The notes under the pieces were generated by a model, which was not told where the DNA came from, did no database searches, and saw only the letters and a program-made list of their open reading frames with translations. A program made the translations under genes and the position numbers. Below, in pieces: positions 45,560 through 55,419 of a DNA stretch of 64,000 nt. The DNA is from a virus (lineage: Duplodnaviria; Caudoviricetes). Every line of letters starts with the position of its first letter. Position 1 is the stretch's first letter. The stretch is taken from positions 160,001 through 224,000 of IMG/VR virus record IMGVR_UViG_3300038679_000357, one strand, 5' to 3'.

Positions 45560-48500
45560 TCAATTGGAACTGCTACTGGAGCTGCTGCTCGAACTACTAC
45601 TTGAACTGCTGCTCGAAGAAACAGAATCGAAAATTAAATCTACTGGAACATACGTGTGTCGAGCGTCAACGTGCCAAAATGTTTCTTCAATAGGAAGACC
45701 CGTAATTCCTCCATCAAACACTTCAGGATATGGTCTTGTGCTAGAGGAAGAGGAGGAACTTGAAGACTCAGCCCGATTAAGAGCCAATACAATACTTCCA
45801 GCAGTATACGTAACCGAGAAAAAAGCCCCATCAACAGATCGAACAATACTTTCACCAACGTAAGAGAATGTGTGCTGCCTTTCAGCCCCACAATCCCACA
45901 CTGGATAGCCGCCACTCTCGCATATCACAAAATGATATCCGGAAATGACAACCTCTCCTGTCTCAGGGAACGAATAACGAACGGTAACGCAATAAGAATA
46001 ATCACCAGAATCGGACGGCAATGGAGGCTTTGGAAGCTCTACCTCACTACCAGAATACAAACTGCGACACATTCCAGACGAACTTGAAGAGGAAGTATCA
46101 TTATCATATCCAGGGAAATGACTCATCACAAATCTTTTCGTAGTGTATGACGTCCATTCGTCATCATTGCCAACACGAACAGAAACATAATATCTTTGAC
46201 CTGGCTGTAAATTATTGCCGCCACCATACAATATGGAAGATTTTGATGTATAGACAATCCCGCTATTCCACAACTCAGAGCCACCAGTAGTATGTCCAAC
46301 AAGTACCTGAACTCTATCATATTGCATTTCTACATCTAAATCTGGAGATGCATCATGGCTAAGTAATACTGAAAGAGGATGGGCGATTGACAGTCGGGCT
46401 CCAGCAGATAATACTTCCGGTTCAATATATGAATCAGGAATAGCAGATGTACTTTCTCCAGACGAAGAAGAAGAACTTCCGGCAGAAGACGAACTACTTG
46501 AGGAGCTTGATGATTGCTTTTTAGTATATGGTTGATCTATTGAAATATTTCCATGTACATCGGCATAAACAATCGTGCCATCCTTTAAAGAAATGCCTAT
46601 CGCCGAATCAGATGGCAGAACGCAGGCGGAGATAGGCTCAGAATAAGTTTTAATTGACGAAGTAGTAATTTCTCCGCTATCAATATTGATATATTCAACA
46701 ACGATCGTTTTGTCGATAACCCCAACTACAGTCCTAGATACAACGAACAACGACGACGGGGTTAAAAACCTACTGAACAGCAACTGTTCCGATGGTCCAT
46801 ATTCCCTTACTAAAATATTTCTACCAGTATGAATGTTAGTAACGTAAAGATTGTCCCTTCTCCTTGAGGCGCTAATCGAATCGAAAAGGACTCCGGACGA
46901 CTCTATCGTTGGGATCGCATCATAAGAGACCATACATGATGAAATAATATCATATACAGCGTCAGAGTCAGCAACTCTGTACCCCTCCATGTTAACGATA
47001 ACCTGAGTGGAATTATTTAAAACATCCAGCAAGGAAATGGAATTTTCGCAAACAACAATCTTTTTCCCATCCGGTCCTTCAATGATGGATGATGGAGCGT
47101 CCGTCAACTGTATTCTATCATACCTTCTAATGTCCGATACTGGCATTCTGTAGACGATGCCACGCGAAGGAGAGAATGACCAAAGATTCTGTTCATCGAA
47201 AGAAGAAACAGAAATATCGTCTGCAACACGACAAGAAGCGATCAGCGATCCATCAAAAATGTTGTGAAAATAAACATATCCCAGGCATGCGTATGATAAT
47301 CTATCGCCATATACAGCAACTGATCCAACTCGACCGTTTGCCTTAATGGGATCGTAAACAATATACCCCTTATCTCCGCGAGCCATTCGTACAACTTCAC
47401 CAAGTATACCTACGGCAAAAACGTCAGCAATGGAATCTCCAGAATAATTCCACATAAACACAGGTGATCGTCGTATTTCACCAATCCGAGGATCATCAGA
47501 AAGAGCACAGTCTACAGATAATCTCGTGCCCTCCATTCCCACGCGGTTAAAATGATACGAATCAACAGATAAAATTTTATCTGGAGTGCTATCACCATCG
47601 CCAAAATAATAAAAATCAGGATCTTCTGACGCAACACACTCTGACTCGTACGGGAGAATTGTACCTGGAGATCCATCCGTAGCGGTAAACGTCCCGGTAA
47701 AACCACCAATCACCCCATCAAATTGAGGCAAAGACTGCTTAAACATGCCGTCTTGTGCAGACCAATCGGCATCAACAACCATTACGTCGCCGCTAATGAT
47801 TGAGGATTTTCTCGATAAAACAGAAGCACCCAAGTCAAGCGCAACCACATACTTGTTTTGCGAGATATCTTCACACGATACATATATGTTCCCGGCATCC
47901 ATCTCAACACCAAGGGCGGAGAATCCAACCAATCTGGCTGTCCAACCAGAACTAGACAACGGAACATATGTCACTCCACCAGAAGCAGGAGAGGCATAAA
48001 TAAAAGCATCAGAAGATGGGGAGTATTTCAGTGTGTATGGACTATCAAACCCATCTCTACGAAAAATTGATGAAAGCGGGTTAACGGACGAAATACATGA
48101 TATTTTATCCCAAGAAGCATCGCGATTGACTATAGATAAAGAAAGATCAAGAAGAAGAACTTCATTATCTGTAGCAATAAAAAGTTGATCCTCTCTCTCT
48201 TGCACCGCCATAAACATGACGTCTTGATAACTCTCATCTGCAGCATACCCCACGTCAAACGACACTGTATGCACCCCCGTGCGAGAAGAGAATACAGTAT
48301 ACCTGGCTACCTTATCCCCATCGTACGTGTATATCCTGGAATTTTTTACTGAGTATGCAAACATGTACGCAGGATCAATTTCAATAGATGCGTAAATAAA
48401 GCCGTCAAGCTGATCAATGGCGTGAACATATCCATCGGTAAAGGCAAGAATCAACAATCTCTCTGGATCTTCAATAATATCTAAAACATCGTCCGTAAGA

Positions 48501-49972
48501 TCGACGGAGAATATCTCCATATTTTCAGCAGAATATTTACGAACAAACTGCCCTGATCTAACAATTAAATCGGATGAAAAAAGCAAGCAAATCGCACCTT
48601 CAATACTAACCGGAACGCTAGAAACCTTCATTGTTCGAATCATCGCAGTGCCAATATCGTTTCTCATCGCGTAAACGATACTTGAACTCGTTCCTGGGAC
48701 AATCACCCGAAAAGAAAAGCCAGAATGATCGGCGATAACAAATCCAGAAGATGAACCATTTACTCTAACCAAACCTCCAGGATTACCCTCTGGCGTAAAG
48801 CCAGCGACGATATCATTCTGTAAAACTGCAAGACAATCTCCGTGCATTCCACCAATTGCCAGTGACACCGGAGAAATATCTACAAACAATCTTTCCTGTT
48901 CCATCCATAGGGATCTACCAGTGAAACTGATCCCGTTTTTTGATGATCGACCAGAGTCTCCAATAGCCAGCCCCAACTTAGAATAGCCACCGCAAACATC
49001 ATCCCACCCCATCTGTGAATCACTATACCGATAACCCTCAAATTCACCGCTGGGAGAAAACAAAAAAACAGCCGGAGAAAGAGCATCAGAATGAAATGCC
49101 TTAACAGCCATTCTTCCATCACTAGAAGATGCGACAGCATATGGGAATCTCATAGCCTGATAAGAAACTACATTATGCCCAGAGTCCGTTAGATCGTTGC
49201 GAGGAACCGACACAATGCGGTGGTTCCCGCAATCACAGATAAACAGCCTATCTCTGGATAAACAAACGGCACGCGGATGAAGCAGTGATGTACCTCCGAC
49301 TGATTCAAGCCTACTTCCAGTACCGTCAGTCATTGAAATTCTAACCAGACTTCCACCATACGCCGCTTTATCGCCATATATTCTAACAGAATCAACAATG
49401 TATACGGTAGACGTAAGACGATCGGCAACGGCATGAATTGGACGAACTACCTTGACAGAAGAGACAAACGGAGTGAAATCTCCCGTGGCGACATCAAATA
49501 ACCTCAAAAAACATGGTTGCGCCCCACCTACTGAAAACATTCCAGCAAGAACTCCTTCACCGTCTCTTACCGGAAGGTAAAAAACAGTCCCATTAAGGTT
49601 TGGTACAGTAGAAGGTCCATATTGTACCTTTTTACCATCGGCGACGCAAAACCGATCGGCGACATCTTCATATCCGTGTGTATCTGTAATATCCAACGGA
49701 ATCTCAGAAAATGGTGAAAAATATCCCAATTTTTGAACAACATCGCCATAATCCGGGTAATCTCCACTCACCGACCATCCAACTAAATCAGCATCAACTG
49801 ACTGATAATCAAACGCTACAGAAGTAGAAGGGATAGCTCCACGTGTATCCACGTACACAACATAATCAATCGTTCCGGAAGAAAGAGAACAACCCGGAAT
49901 CGGTCCAACTGGTCTCCTCCTTGCCGGAGGATAGTGCGTACCAGAAGATGGCTCATAAACGCCCATATTCAC
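45560..49972 (-). CDS. Large (1470 aa) multi-beta-propeller (NHL-like) virion protein with four poly-Ser tracts
   Basis: LLHPRAVCLSRDRLFICDCGNHRIVSV (NHL repeat); many blade motifs; FN3-like segment (LQPGQRYYVSVRV); Ser tracts at ~46455-46515, ~46076-46097, ~45740-45770 and ~45563-45620. Confidence 0.7.
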   Translation of the reverse strand: MNMGVYEPSSGTHYPPARRRPVGPIPGCSLSSGTIDYVVYVDTRGAIPSTSVAFDYQSVDADLVGWSVSGDYPDYGDVVQKLGYFSPFSEIPLDITDTHGYEDVADRFCVADGKKVQYGPSTVPNLNGTVFYLPVRDGEGVLAGMFSVGGAQPCFLRLFDVATGDFTPFVSSVKVVRPIHAVADRLTSTVYIVDSVRIYGDKAAYGGSLVRISMTDGTGSRLESVGGTSLLHPRAVCLSRDRLFICDCGNHRIVSVPRNDLTDSGHNVVSYQAMRFPYAVASSSDGRMAVKAFHSDALSPAVFLFSPSGEFEGYRYSDSQMGWDDVCGGYSKLGLAIGDSGRSSKNGISFTGRSLWMEQERLFVDISPVSLAIGGMHGDCLAVLQNDIVAGFTPEGNPGGLVRVNGSSSGFVIADHSGFSFRVIVPGTSSSIVYAMRNDIGTAMIRTMKVSSVPVSIEGAICLLFSSDLIVRSGQFVRKYSAENMEIFSVDLTDDVLDIIEDPERLLILAFTDGYVHAIDQLDGFIYASIEIDPAYMFAYSVKNSRIYTYDGDKVARYTVFSSRTGVHTVSFDVGYAADESYQDVMFMAVQEREDQLFIATDNEVLLLDLSLSIVNRDASWDKISCISSVNPLSSIFRRDGFDSPYTLKYSPSSDAFIYASPASGGVTYVPLSSSGWTARLVGFSALGVEMDAGNIYVSCEDISQNKYVVALDLGASVLSRKSSIISGDVMVVDADWSAQDGMFKQSLPQFDGVIGGFTGTFTATDGSPGTILPYESECVASEDPDFYYFGDGDSTPDKILSVDSYHFNRVGMEGTRLSVDCALSDDPRIGEIRRSPVFMWNYSGDSIADVFAVGILGEVVRMARGDKGYIVYDPIKANGRVGSVAVYGDRLSYACLGYVYFHNIFDGSLIASCRVADDISVSSFDEQNLWSFSPSRGIVYRMPVSDIRRYDRIQLTDAPSSIIEGPDGKKIVVCENSISLLDVLNNSTQVIVNMEGYRVADSDAVYDIISSCMVSYDAIPTIESSGVLFDSISASRRRDNLYVTNIHTGRNILVREYGPSEQLLFSRFLTPSSLFVVSRTVVGVIDKTIVVEYINIDSGEITTSSIKTYSEPISACVLPSDSAIGISLKDGTIVYADVHGNISIDQPYTKKQSSSSSSSSSSAGSSSSSSGESTSAIPDSYIEPEVLSAGARLSIAHPLSVLLSHDASPDLDVEMQYDRVQVLVGHTTGGSELWNSGIVYTSKSSILYGGGNNLQPGQRYYVSVRVGNDDEWTSYTTKRFVMSHFPGYDNDTSSSSSSGMCRSLYSGSEVELPKPPLPSDSGDYSYCVTVRYSFPETGEVVISGYHFVICESGGYPVWDCGAERQHTFSYVGESIVRSVDGAFFSVTYTAGSIVLALNRAESSSSSSSSSTRPYPEVFDGGITGLPIEETFWHVDARHTYVPVDLIFDSVSSSSSSSSSSSSSSSSSSN

Positions 49973-49976
49973 CTGT

Positions 49977-50615
49977 TTAACAAATAGTTCTGCGGATCAA
50001 CAACGTGGTTATGTTGGGTAATGCTTCATTCCATCGTTTGCGGATCAAATCTTCTACGTTCGACCAAGCAACAACAACTGCATCTGGTTTTGTCCTATTT
50101 ATCCAATCCACAACCCCATCCCTGTATAAGTGGTACAAATGCTCGCCAGGTTTAAAATGACGCCACCCCATCAACTCGAAGAAACTAGCCACATCTGGTG
50201 TCTCCGGAAATGACAACAGACAATATTCCCACTTCATTAAAAATAAGTCGTTGATATTTTCAAAGTGTTCAAGAACATCACTCAAAACAACCAGACCCCA
50301 CGTCCTTGAATAGAGATCGTCCCTACTAATTACATTTTCTCCAACAACATCATATTCGCAGACCTCCTTGAATTTCCCGCGACAACAGTTGGCAAATATC
50401 CCATTCCCGCTTCCTACATCAACCATCGACATTTCTTTAATTTTCTCGTAAGGAATGTAAGCACACATAAACCCCATCCTAAGATAGGACATCTCTACAT
50501 TAGTGCTCTGTTTTGCTTTATAAGAATCATCATAGACGATTCTATGTTGATCAACCTGCTTGATAAAACCATTTTCGTAGGCATACCCAGTAGGAAGATC
50601 TAACTCCGCTCTCAT
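49977..50615 (-). CDS. Class I SAM-dependent methyltransferase (small-molecule/sugar type)
   Basis: MVDVGSGNG (motif I) and LVVLSDVLEHF; last gene of the GT cluster. Confidence 0.75.
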   Translation of the reverse strand: MRAELDLPTGYAYENGFIKQVDQHRIVYDDSYKAKQSTNVEMSYLRMGFMCAYIPYEKIKEMSMVDVGSGNGIFANCCRGKFKEVCEYDVVGENVISRDDLYSRTWGLVVLSDVLEHFENINDLFLMKWEYCLLSFPETPDVASFFELMGWRHFKPGEHLYHLYRDGVVDWINRTKPDAVVVAWSNVEDLIRKRWNEALPNITTLLIRRTIC

Positions 50616-50617
50616 TT

Positions 50618-51730
50618 TTACCTAAACTTTTTTATCTCATTTTCCAGTGCCTTACGCCGCTTCTGCATGTATTCAATCTCCTTCACTGGAATGATATTAT
50701 TTAACTCACTCAAAGATATACAGCAATCAAATTGCAGATATAAGAAGAAGGACTGAACAAGATCAAAAACCGACTCCCTTCTCTTCCTACTATTCTGGTC
50801 ATATTTCCCATCCATTTGAGTAAGAAGTTTCGGTATATTGTCGTCTTTTAAATGTCGTTCTCCCTTTTCACTAGCCCAATCCCTTCCATGAAACGCCCTA
50901 ACATGCTCATGGGTTTCAGAGAAAAACATGCACTTCGGTCTGTATCCACTATCTGTAATAATAGTTCCTTCGGGAAGAGACATTAACCTGGGAAGAAGTG
51001 ATGTTCTATAAATAGAATAATGAACGTTCGTCCAAAGATGAGACGCAAGAACCAACATATTTTCCTTGACGCCATTCTTCAACAAAACAAGGTTCATTGT
51101 TTCGAGATCGCCGGTAAACGGCCAGGTGTTATCCATTCCAATTTTCAGACGATGATCAAACACATCAAGAAAAACATCACCATACTTCCTCGCATCAATA
51201 AACATCGGAGTGTTACAGACAAACTTACCGTCAACTGTATCGTTTTTGAAAAATGGAGTTCTTTTGTCTCCATCAACATAACATGGGCATGAACCCTTTG
51301 TTTGGTCGGTTTTGTAATACCGAACAACATTATCATTCACCGCGACAACAACCGAAGTATTAGCTGCGATCTCAAACAGTTCTCGAACACCGGAAACGAG
51401 AAAAATATCAGTGTCAATAAAGCAAATTGACTTGTATTGTGTTCCTACTTCAGCCATGATTTTGTAACGGTAATACTTTACCGTCATAACCTTACCGAGC
51501 TTGGAATCCTTTGGTAGCGTTACTATCGGTATGAAGCGCACCTTAGTTTCCATTCCGCAACATTTGTTTTCTATAAACGACCTATATTTCTCCGTAACAC
51601 TTTCATCATGTATAACAACAACGTCAGCATATTTACCGCACCCAAACAGTTCAATACTATTTAATAGCGCGTTAAATAAATAGGTGTAATTATCGGTAAG
51701 ACTTAGAAAAAACGCATGGTCTTTCACCAA
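50618..51730 (-). CDS. GT-A fold glycosyltransferase (GT8-like)
   Basis: LLNSIELF...VVVIHD...YYRYKIM...SICFIDTDIF (DxD motif)...GDLETMNLVL. Confidence 0.7.
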   Translation of the reverse strand: MVKDHAFFLSLTDNYTYLFNALLNSIELFGCGKYADVVVIHDESVTEKYRSFIENKCCGMETKVRFIPIVTLPKDSKLGKVMTVKYYRYKIMAEVGTQYKSICFIDTDIFLVSGVRELFEIAANTSVVVAVNDNVVRYYKTDQTKGSCPCYVDGDKRTPFFKNDTVDGKFVCNTPMFIDARKYGDVFLDVFDHRLKIGMDNTWPFTGDLETMNLVLLKNGVKENMLVLASHLWTNVHYSIYRTSLLPRLMSLPEGTIITDSGYRPKCMFFSETHEHVRAFHGRDWASEKGERHLKDDNIPKLLTQMDGKYDQNSRKRRESVFDLVQSFFLYLQFDCCISLSELNNIIPVKEIEYMQKRRKALENEIKKFR

Positions 51731-51733
51731 AAA

Positions 51734-53422
51734 CTACTCCTTGTTATGTGTATGAGTCTTCGGACGACCAGGCTCATAGAACCGGTAATACATTTCGATC
51801 CTCCTAATAACCTCATCGGCAGTGATCATATCCATGCAAAACGGTAACTCCACACCTTCTACTGAGTTGACAACGTATTCGCACATATTCTTACGATCCT
51901 TCTCATCATTATCACCAATAGGCTTAATTCTGCTCTTCCAACATCCTCCATTGTCACAGCAAGGAAGAGATCCGCACGTATGGATAAATTGATGTGAGGT
52001 ATAAGCCTGCCAATGAGAAGGCTCTCGCCCGCCAGCGATAACAACACATGGTCTATCTCGCCTACCATTACATGTACCCTGCTTAACTGGAACAGCGGCA
52101 GCTAATGTCATAGGATAACTACATGGGGTCAAAACACCAGAAGACGCCCACACCAATCGGATCAATTGACGGTCATCAGTTTTACCGACAAGATTTATTG
52201 TACCATTCAACTCTGGATGATTATGGGATTTATGTCCCATTTGAACGAACACAACTCTTCCAGCAAAATGATCAATAACTTTCTGATACCGTTCAACTGG
52301 CCACATTTTTGCAGTAAAATCATTTTTAAAACCAGCATTAAGAATCCAATAATGTACATCAGCGGCATAGCCAAACTGAGAAAACCAAGTATTTCTCTCT
52401 GTCCATCCCCATCCATCTTCGTTCGAGCCGATAACAATATGACCTCGACATAACCTATTTCTTATCCTGACGCCAAGAAGGGTTTCAAAATGATCTGTGA
52501 ACCCCTCAGAAAAGTGATATGGTCCCTGATTACTTTGATTAATCAATGGATATTCAGCACTATACACCTCAACACCAGGTTCTTTTTCATCTAGCTTCGT
52601 GATATATGGATTCGATTCCCATATACCCATAGAATTGGTGCGAACGTCTGTAATAAACTTTCCGGGATGATTCAAATGAAGATCGCGAATTGCCGCAGTC
52701 ATCATAACGATATCACCAGGCGCTTGAAAATTCTTAAAAATAACCTTCCTTTTATCGGAGCCAGACGAAGATACGATAGAGGTAGATTCCACCACTTTTT
52801 TAGGAGTATCTACAGATGGGACGGCTTTCTCCCTCTGTTTTCTAAACTTTTCAAGAGCTGCCTTTCTTCTTTCCTCAATAGACGGCGGATGAGGAACTAA
52901 ATCTGACGAACGTGTCTCAATAACTTTTTTTTCTTCAGGCTCTACTACCTTATTTTCAATCAAAGCCGGTTCAGTTGACTTATCTACAGTTGGAAGTTTA
53001 TCCTTTTTAGGCGGAATATCAGGTATGTCAATTTCACGCTGTTCATAAACCTGCTGTTCTACGACGTTGGTAAACAAATTTATCCACGACTTTAGCGCCC
53101 CATGAGAAATCCACTCTCTTCCACCTATATACTTAGACACAACTGACTTACGATCATCTGGAAGAGACTTAAACTCAGATACAAACAAGCTTAAAATAGA
53201 GGGGTATTTTGAATTAATATAACACGACGGACACCCTCCTGATGGAACATTTTTTTCAGCCGTCGAGCACAACTCTTTTGTCTCAGTAAAATTTTCAGAC
53301 ACTATTTGGTCTGTGTCAATCTTTTTTATTATATCCAACGCTACAGACGCTGGAGTAAGAATAGATTGAGGTTGCTTGCGGTTAACTAGCGTACTGATCT
53401 TTTTAAGCATATGAATCACCAT
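51734..53422 (-). CDS. GT9 (heptosyltransferase-like, GT-B) glycosyltransferase with N-terminal extension
   Basis: APGDIVMMTAAIRDLH..HP, AKMWPVERYQKV, INLVGKTDDRQLIRLV..S.GVL...SYPMTLAAAV. Confidence 0.8.
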   Translation of the reverse strand: MVIHMLKKISTLVNRKQPQSILTPASVALDIIKKIDTDQIVSENFTETKELCSTAEKNVPSGGCPSCYINSKYPSILSLFVSEFKSLPDDRKSVVSKYIGGREWISHGALKSWINLFTNVVEQQVYEQREIDIPDIPPKKDKLPTVDKSTEPALIENKVVEPEEKKVIETRSSDLVPHPPSIEERRKAALEKFRKQREKAVPSVDTPKKVVESTSIVSSSGSDKRKVIFKNFQAPGDIVMMTAAIRDLHLNHPGKFITDVRTNSMGIWESNPYITKLDEKEPGVEVYSAEYPLINQSNQGPYHFSEGFTDHFETLLGVRIRNRLCRGHIVIGSNEDGWGWTERNTWFSQFGYAADVHYWILNAGFKNDFTAKMWPVERYQKVIDHFAGRVVFVQMGHKSHNHPELNGTINLVGKTDDRQLIRLVWASSGVLTPCSYPMTLAAAVPVKQGTCNGRRDRPCVVIAGGREPSHWQAYTSHQFIHTCGSLPCCDNGGCWKSRIKPIGDNDEKDRKNMCEYVVNSVEGVELPFCMDMITADEVIRRIEMYYRFYEPGRPKTHTHNKE

Positions 53423-53439
53423 TTTTTAGCAATGACAAC

Positions 53440-53469
53440 ATTATACAACACCACAACAAAATTAATCAA
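53440..53469 (-). promoter_or_regulatory. Candidate sigma70-type promoter for the GT9/GT8/MTase cluster
   Basis: Minus strand TTGATT-N18-TATAAT, 17 nt upstream of ATG 53422. Confidence 0.5.
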
Positions 53470-53924
53470 GGAGATGTAGAGGAGCTAGAGCTACTTGAAG
53501 AGCTAGAGCTACTTGAAGAGCTACTGAATGTCAACCAACACCTAATGTACTCTACGTTCAAATATTTTGACGAAGAGCTACTTTGGCTAGAAGATGATAT
53601 GCTCGAACTGCTTTCACTGGAAGACGACATACTTGAGCTTGATTTTGAAGACGAACTGGATCTTCCGTCAATTACAGCGCCAACTTGAACTTCTGAAATA
53701 CGATTTTCAACATATTTACGGGCTCCAGAAAAATGAAGTTCATCTTTAGCTCCATCAAGATCATTCCATGGTCCGTCTCCATTAAATCTAATATGATGAG
53801 TAATAAGCGAAGTGGGGTCGATTCCGATAGGATATCGGTCAGTCGGCAATGAAGATACCACCCCAGTTGCCGACACATCGATCAGCGGGGTAAAAACAAA
53901 AACATTCCATGGACCGACTATCAT
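53466..53924 (-). CDS. Small protein with two poly-Ser tracts
   Basis: About one third Ser, ending FSSSSSSSSSSSSSSSSTSP; directly upstream of the GT cluster. Confidence 0.6.
   Translation of the reverse strand: MIVGPWNVFVFTPLIDVSATGVVSSLPTDRYPIGIDPTSLITHHIRFNGDGPWNDLDGAKDELHFSGARKYVENRISEVQVGAVIDGRSSSSSKSSSSMSSSSESSSSISSSSQSSSSSKYLNVEYIRCWLTFSSSSSSSSSSSSSSSSTSP
53482..53524. repeat. 18-bp tandem repeat encoding poly-Ser
   Basis: gagctagagctacttgaa twice plus a partial third copy. Confidence 0.85.
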
Positions 53925-53964
53925 TGGAAGGGCACCCTGTTAAATTAACGAGGAATGAAACCAA

Positions 53965-54960
53965 TTAACTTTCATCACTCTTCCGCTTTCTAGGCGACTC
54001 TCTCTTCGTATTCTCAGATAAATATTCAAGAATTGCCTCACCTTCGGTCTTCCCTTCGTCACGCTTTTTTGCAATTTCATCCCAATATTCAGACATCATA
54101 TATTGCGAAGTTGAATATTCGGATTTTTTAATGAGCGACTCCCTTGAGGAAGAAGCTGTAGGCATCTTGTCTAAACTTGGTTGATTATTCCCTGGAGGTT
54201 GTGGGGTTGGAGGAACAATCAATCGTCCAGCTCTTGGTCCATAAACTTCATAGAGATCATATCCAAGAATACCATTAACGTTAAAGGAGCGAAAATCTCC
54301 AAAAGCATGAGAACATTGTCCAACAATCAATGTTCTTCCGTTTTTTCCCGGCTTTAATTCATACGGAGAAAGAGGAAGCATATAATATGAAGAAACATTA
54401 CCGTTTGGAAGTTCATAATCAAAGGCAATTGCCAAATTGTACTTGTTGGCTATCGGAACAAGATCTATTACCGCCATATTGAGCATAAGATCAGGCATCG
54501 GATTTGACATTTGTTTCGGCGGAGATTGTTTGGGTGCAGGTTCAAACTTATCCTTAGATTCGTCTATTGGCAAAATGTCAGGAACATCATCCAGATACCC
54601 CTCATTCAGCACCTCATCATCTGACAATTGCGCCATTATCAATCTCGAACCTGGTATGATCCCGTTTCTCGCAAAAAAACCAGAATTTGCTTCAACCGCA
54701 TACAACACCGGTTCAGAACTGACAACTGATTTTACCGAATAGGGATGCAGAGGAAGAATCTCAGAAATTACCTTGTCTTCCCGAACGTAGGCAATGTCGA
54801 GTGGAATCCTTGTGTCTTTCATCCAAAACGAAAGCTTTCGAGGGGACGAGAAAGTGAAAACCATCCCGGAATTCATCCCAAGACAGTCACGATGCATCAA
54901 CCCAAGTGACCTGGAATAGTCATTGGCGGCGGATTCAGCGTATAATCTTACCCTTGCCAT
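53965..54960 (-). CDS. DUF192 (UPF0127) domain fused to a WYL-like domain
   Basis: RSLGLMHRDCL...GMVFTF...SFWMKDTRIPLDIAYV...YAVEANSGFF (DUF192); IAFDYELPNG...P...LIVGQC...FRSFNVNGI (WYL-like). Confidence 0.7.
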   Translation of the reverse strand: MARVRLYAESAANDYSRSLGLMHRDCLGMNSGMVFTFSSPRKLSFWMKDTRIPLDIAYVREDKVISEILPLHPYSVKSVVSSEPVLYAVEANSGFFARNGIIPGSRLIMAQLSDDEVLNEGYLDDVPDILPIDESKDKFEPAPKQSPPKQMSNPMPDLMLNMAVIDLVPIANKYNLAIAFDYELPNGNVSSYYMLPLSPYELKPGKNGRTLIVGQCSHAFGDFRSFNVNGILGYDLYEVYGPRAGRLIVPPTPQPPGNNQPSLDKMPTASSSRESLIKKSEYSTSQYMMSEYWDEIAKKRDEGKTEGEAILEYLSENTKRESPRKRKSDES

Positions 54961-55418
54961 TACGTCTTTTTCTTCCCCAAGGCAAAACGCATTTTGCCTA
55001 TTTTTTCACTATCAGCCAAAATCTGTCCATATGGCTTGTGTACGCGCTTGGACTCAAAGGCGTTTTCTTCATTCAAAACGATCGTTTTTATTACTTGTTT
55101 TGCACGCTGAGTAAACTTAACTTTTCTAGTATCTTCACCAACAACTAATCCAAGCGTCTTCAGTCTCAATACATCACTATTCGACACGGTATCCGGAAGA
55201 TCCAGCGTATCGCCCATCGACTCTCCGCTCTCTCTCCATACGCGAAACAAAAGAGAAGCCTCACTATCGCTTAACTTTATATTCTTTTTGGCGGCATCAC
55301 TTTTTATAATGCCACCGAGAATAGATACATCAATTCCAGAATGAATGTCTTCTGGGGAAGAGGGAGTCTCAGCTTGTTGACGTGCAGGATAACCAATTGG
55401 AATGATCGGTGATGGCAT
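54960..55418 (-). CDS. Hypothetical protein, possible winged-helix
   Basis: SDSEASLLFRVW...VLRLKTLGLV...VKFTQRAK resembles a wHTH; SD GAGGA. Confidence 0.45.
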   Translation of the reverse strand: MPSPIIPIGYPARQQAETPSSPEDIHSGIDVSILGGIIKSDAAKKNIKLSDSEASLLFRVWRESGESMGDTLDLPDTVSNSDVLRLKTLGLVVGEDTRKVKFTQRAKQVIKTIVLNEENAFESKRVHKPYGQILADSEKIGKMRFALGKKKT

Positions 55419-55419
55419 A

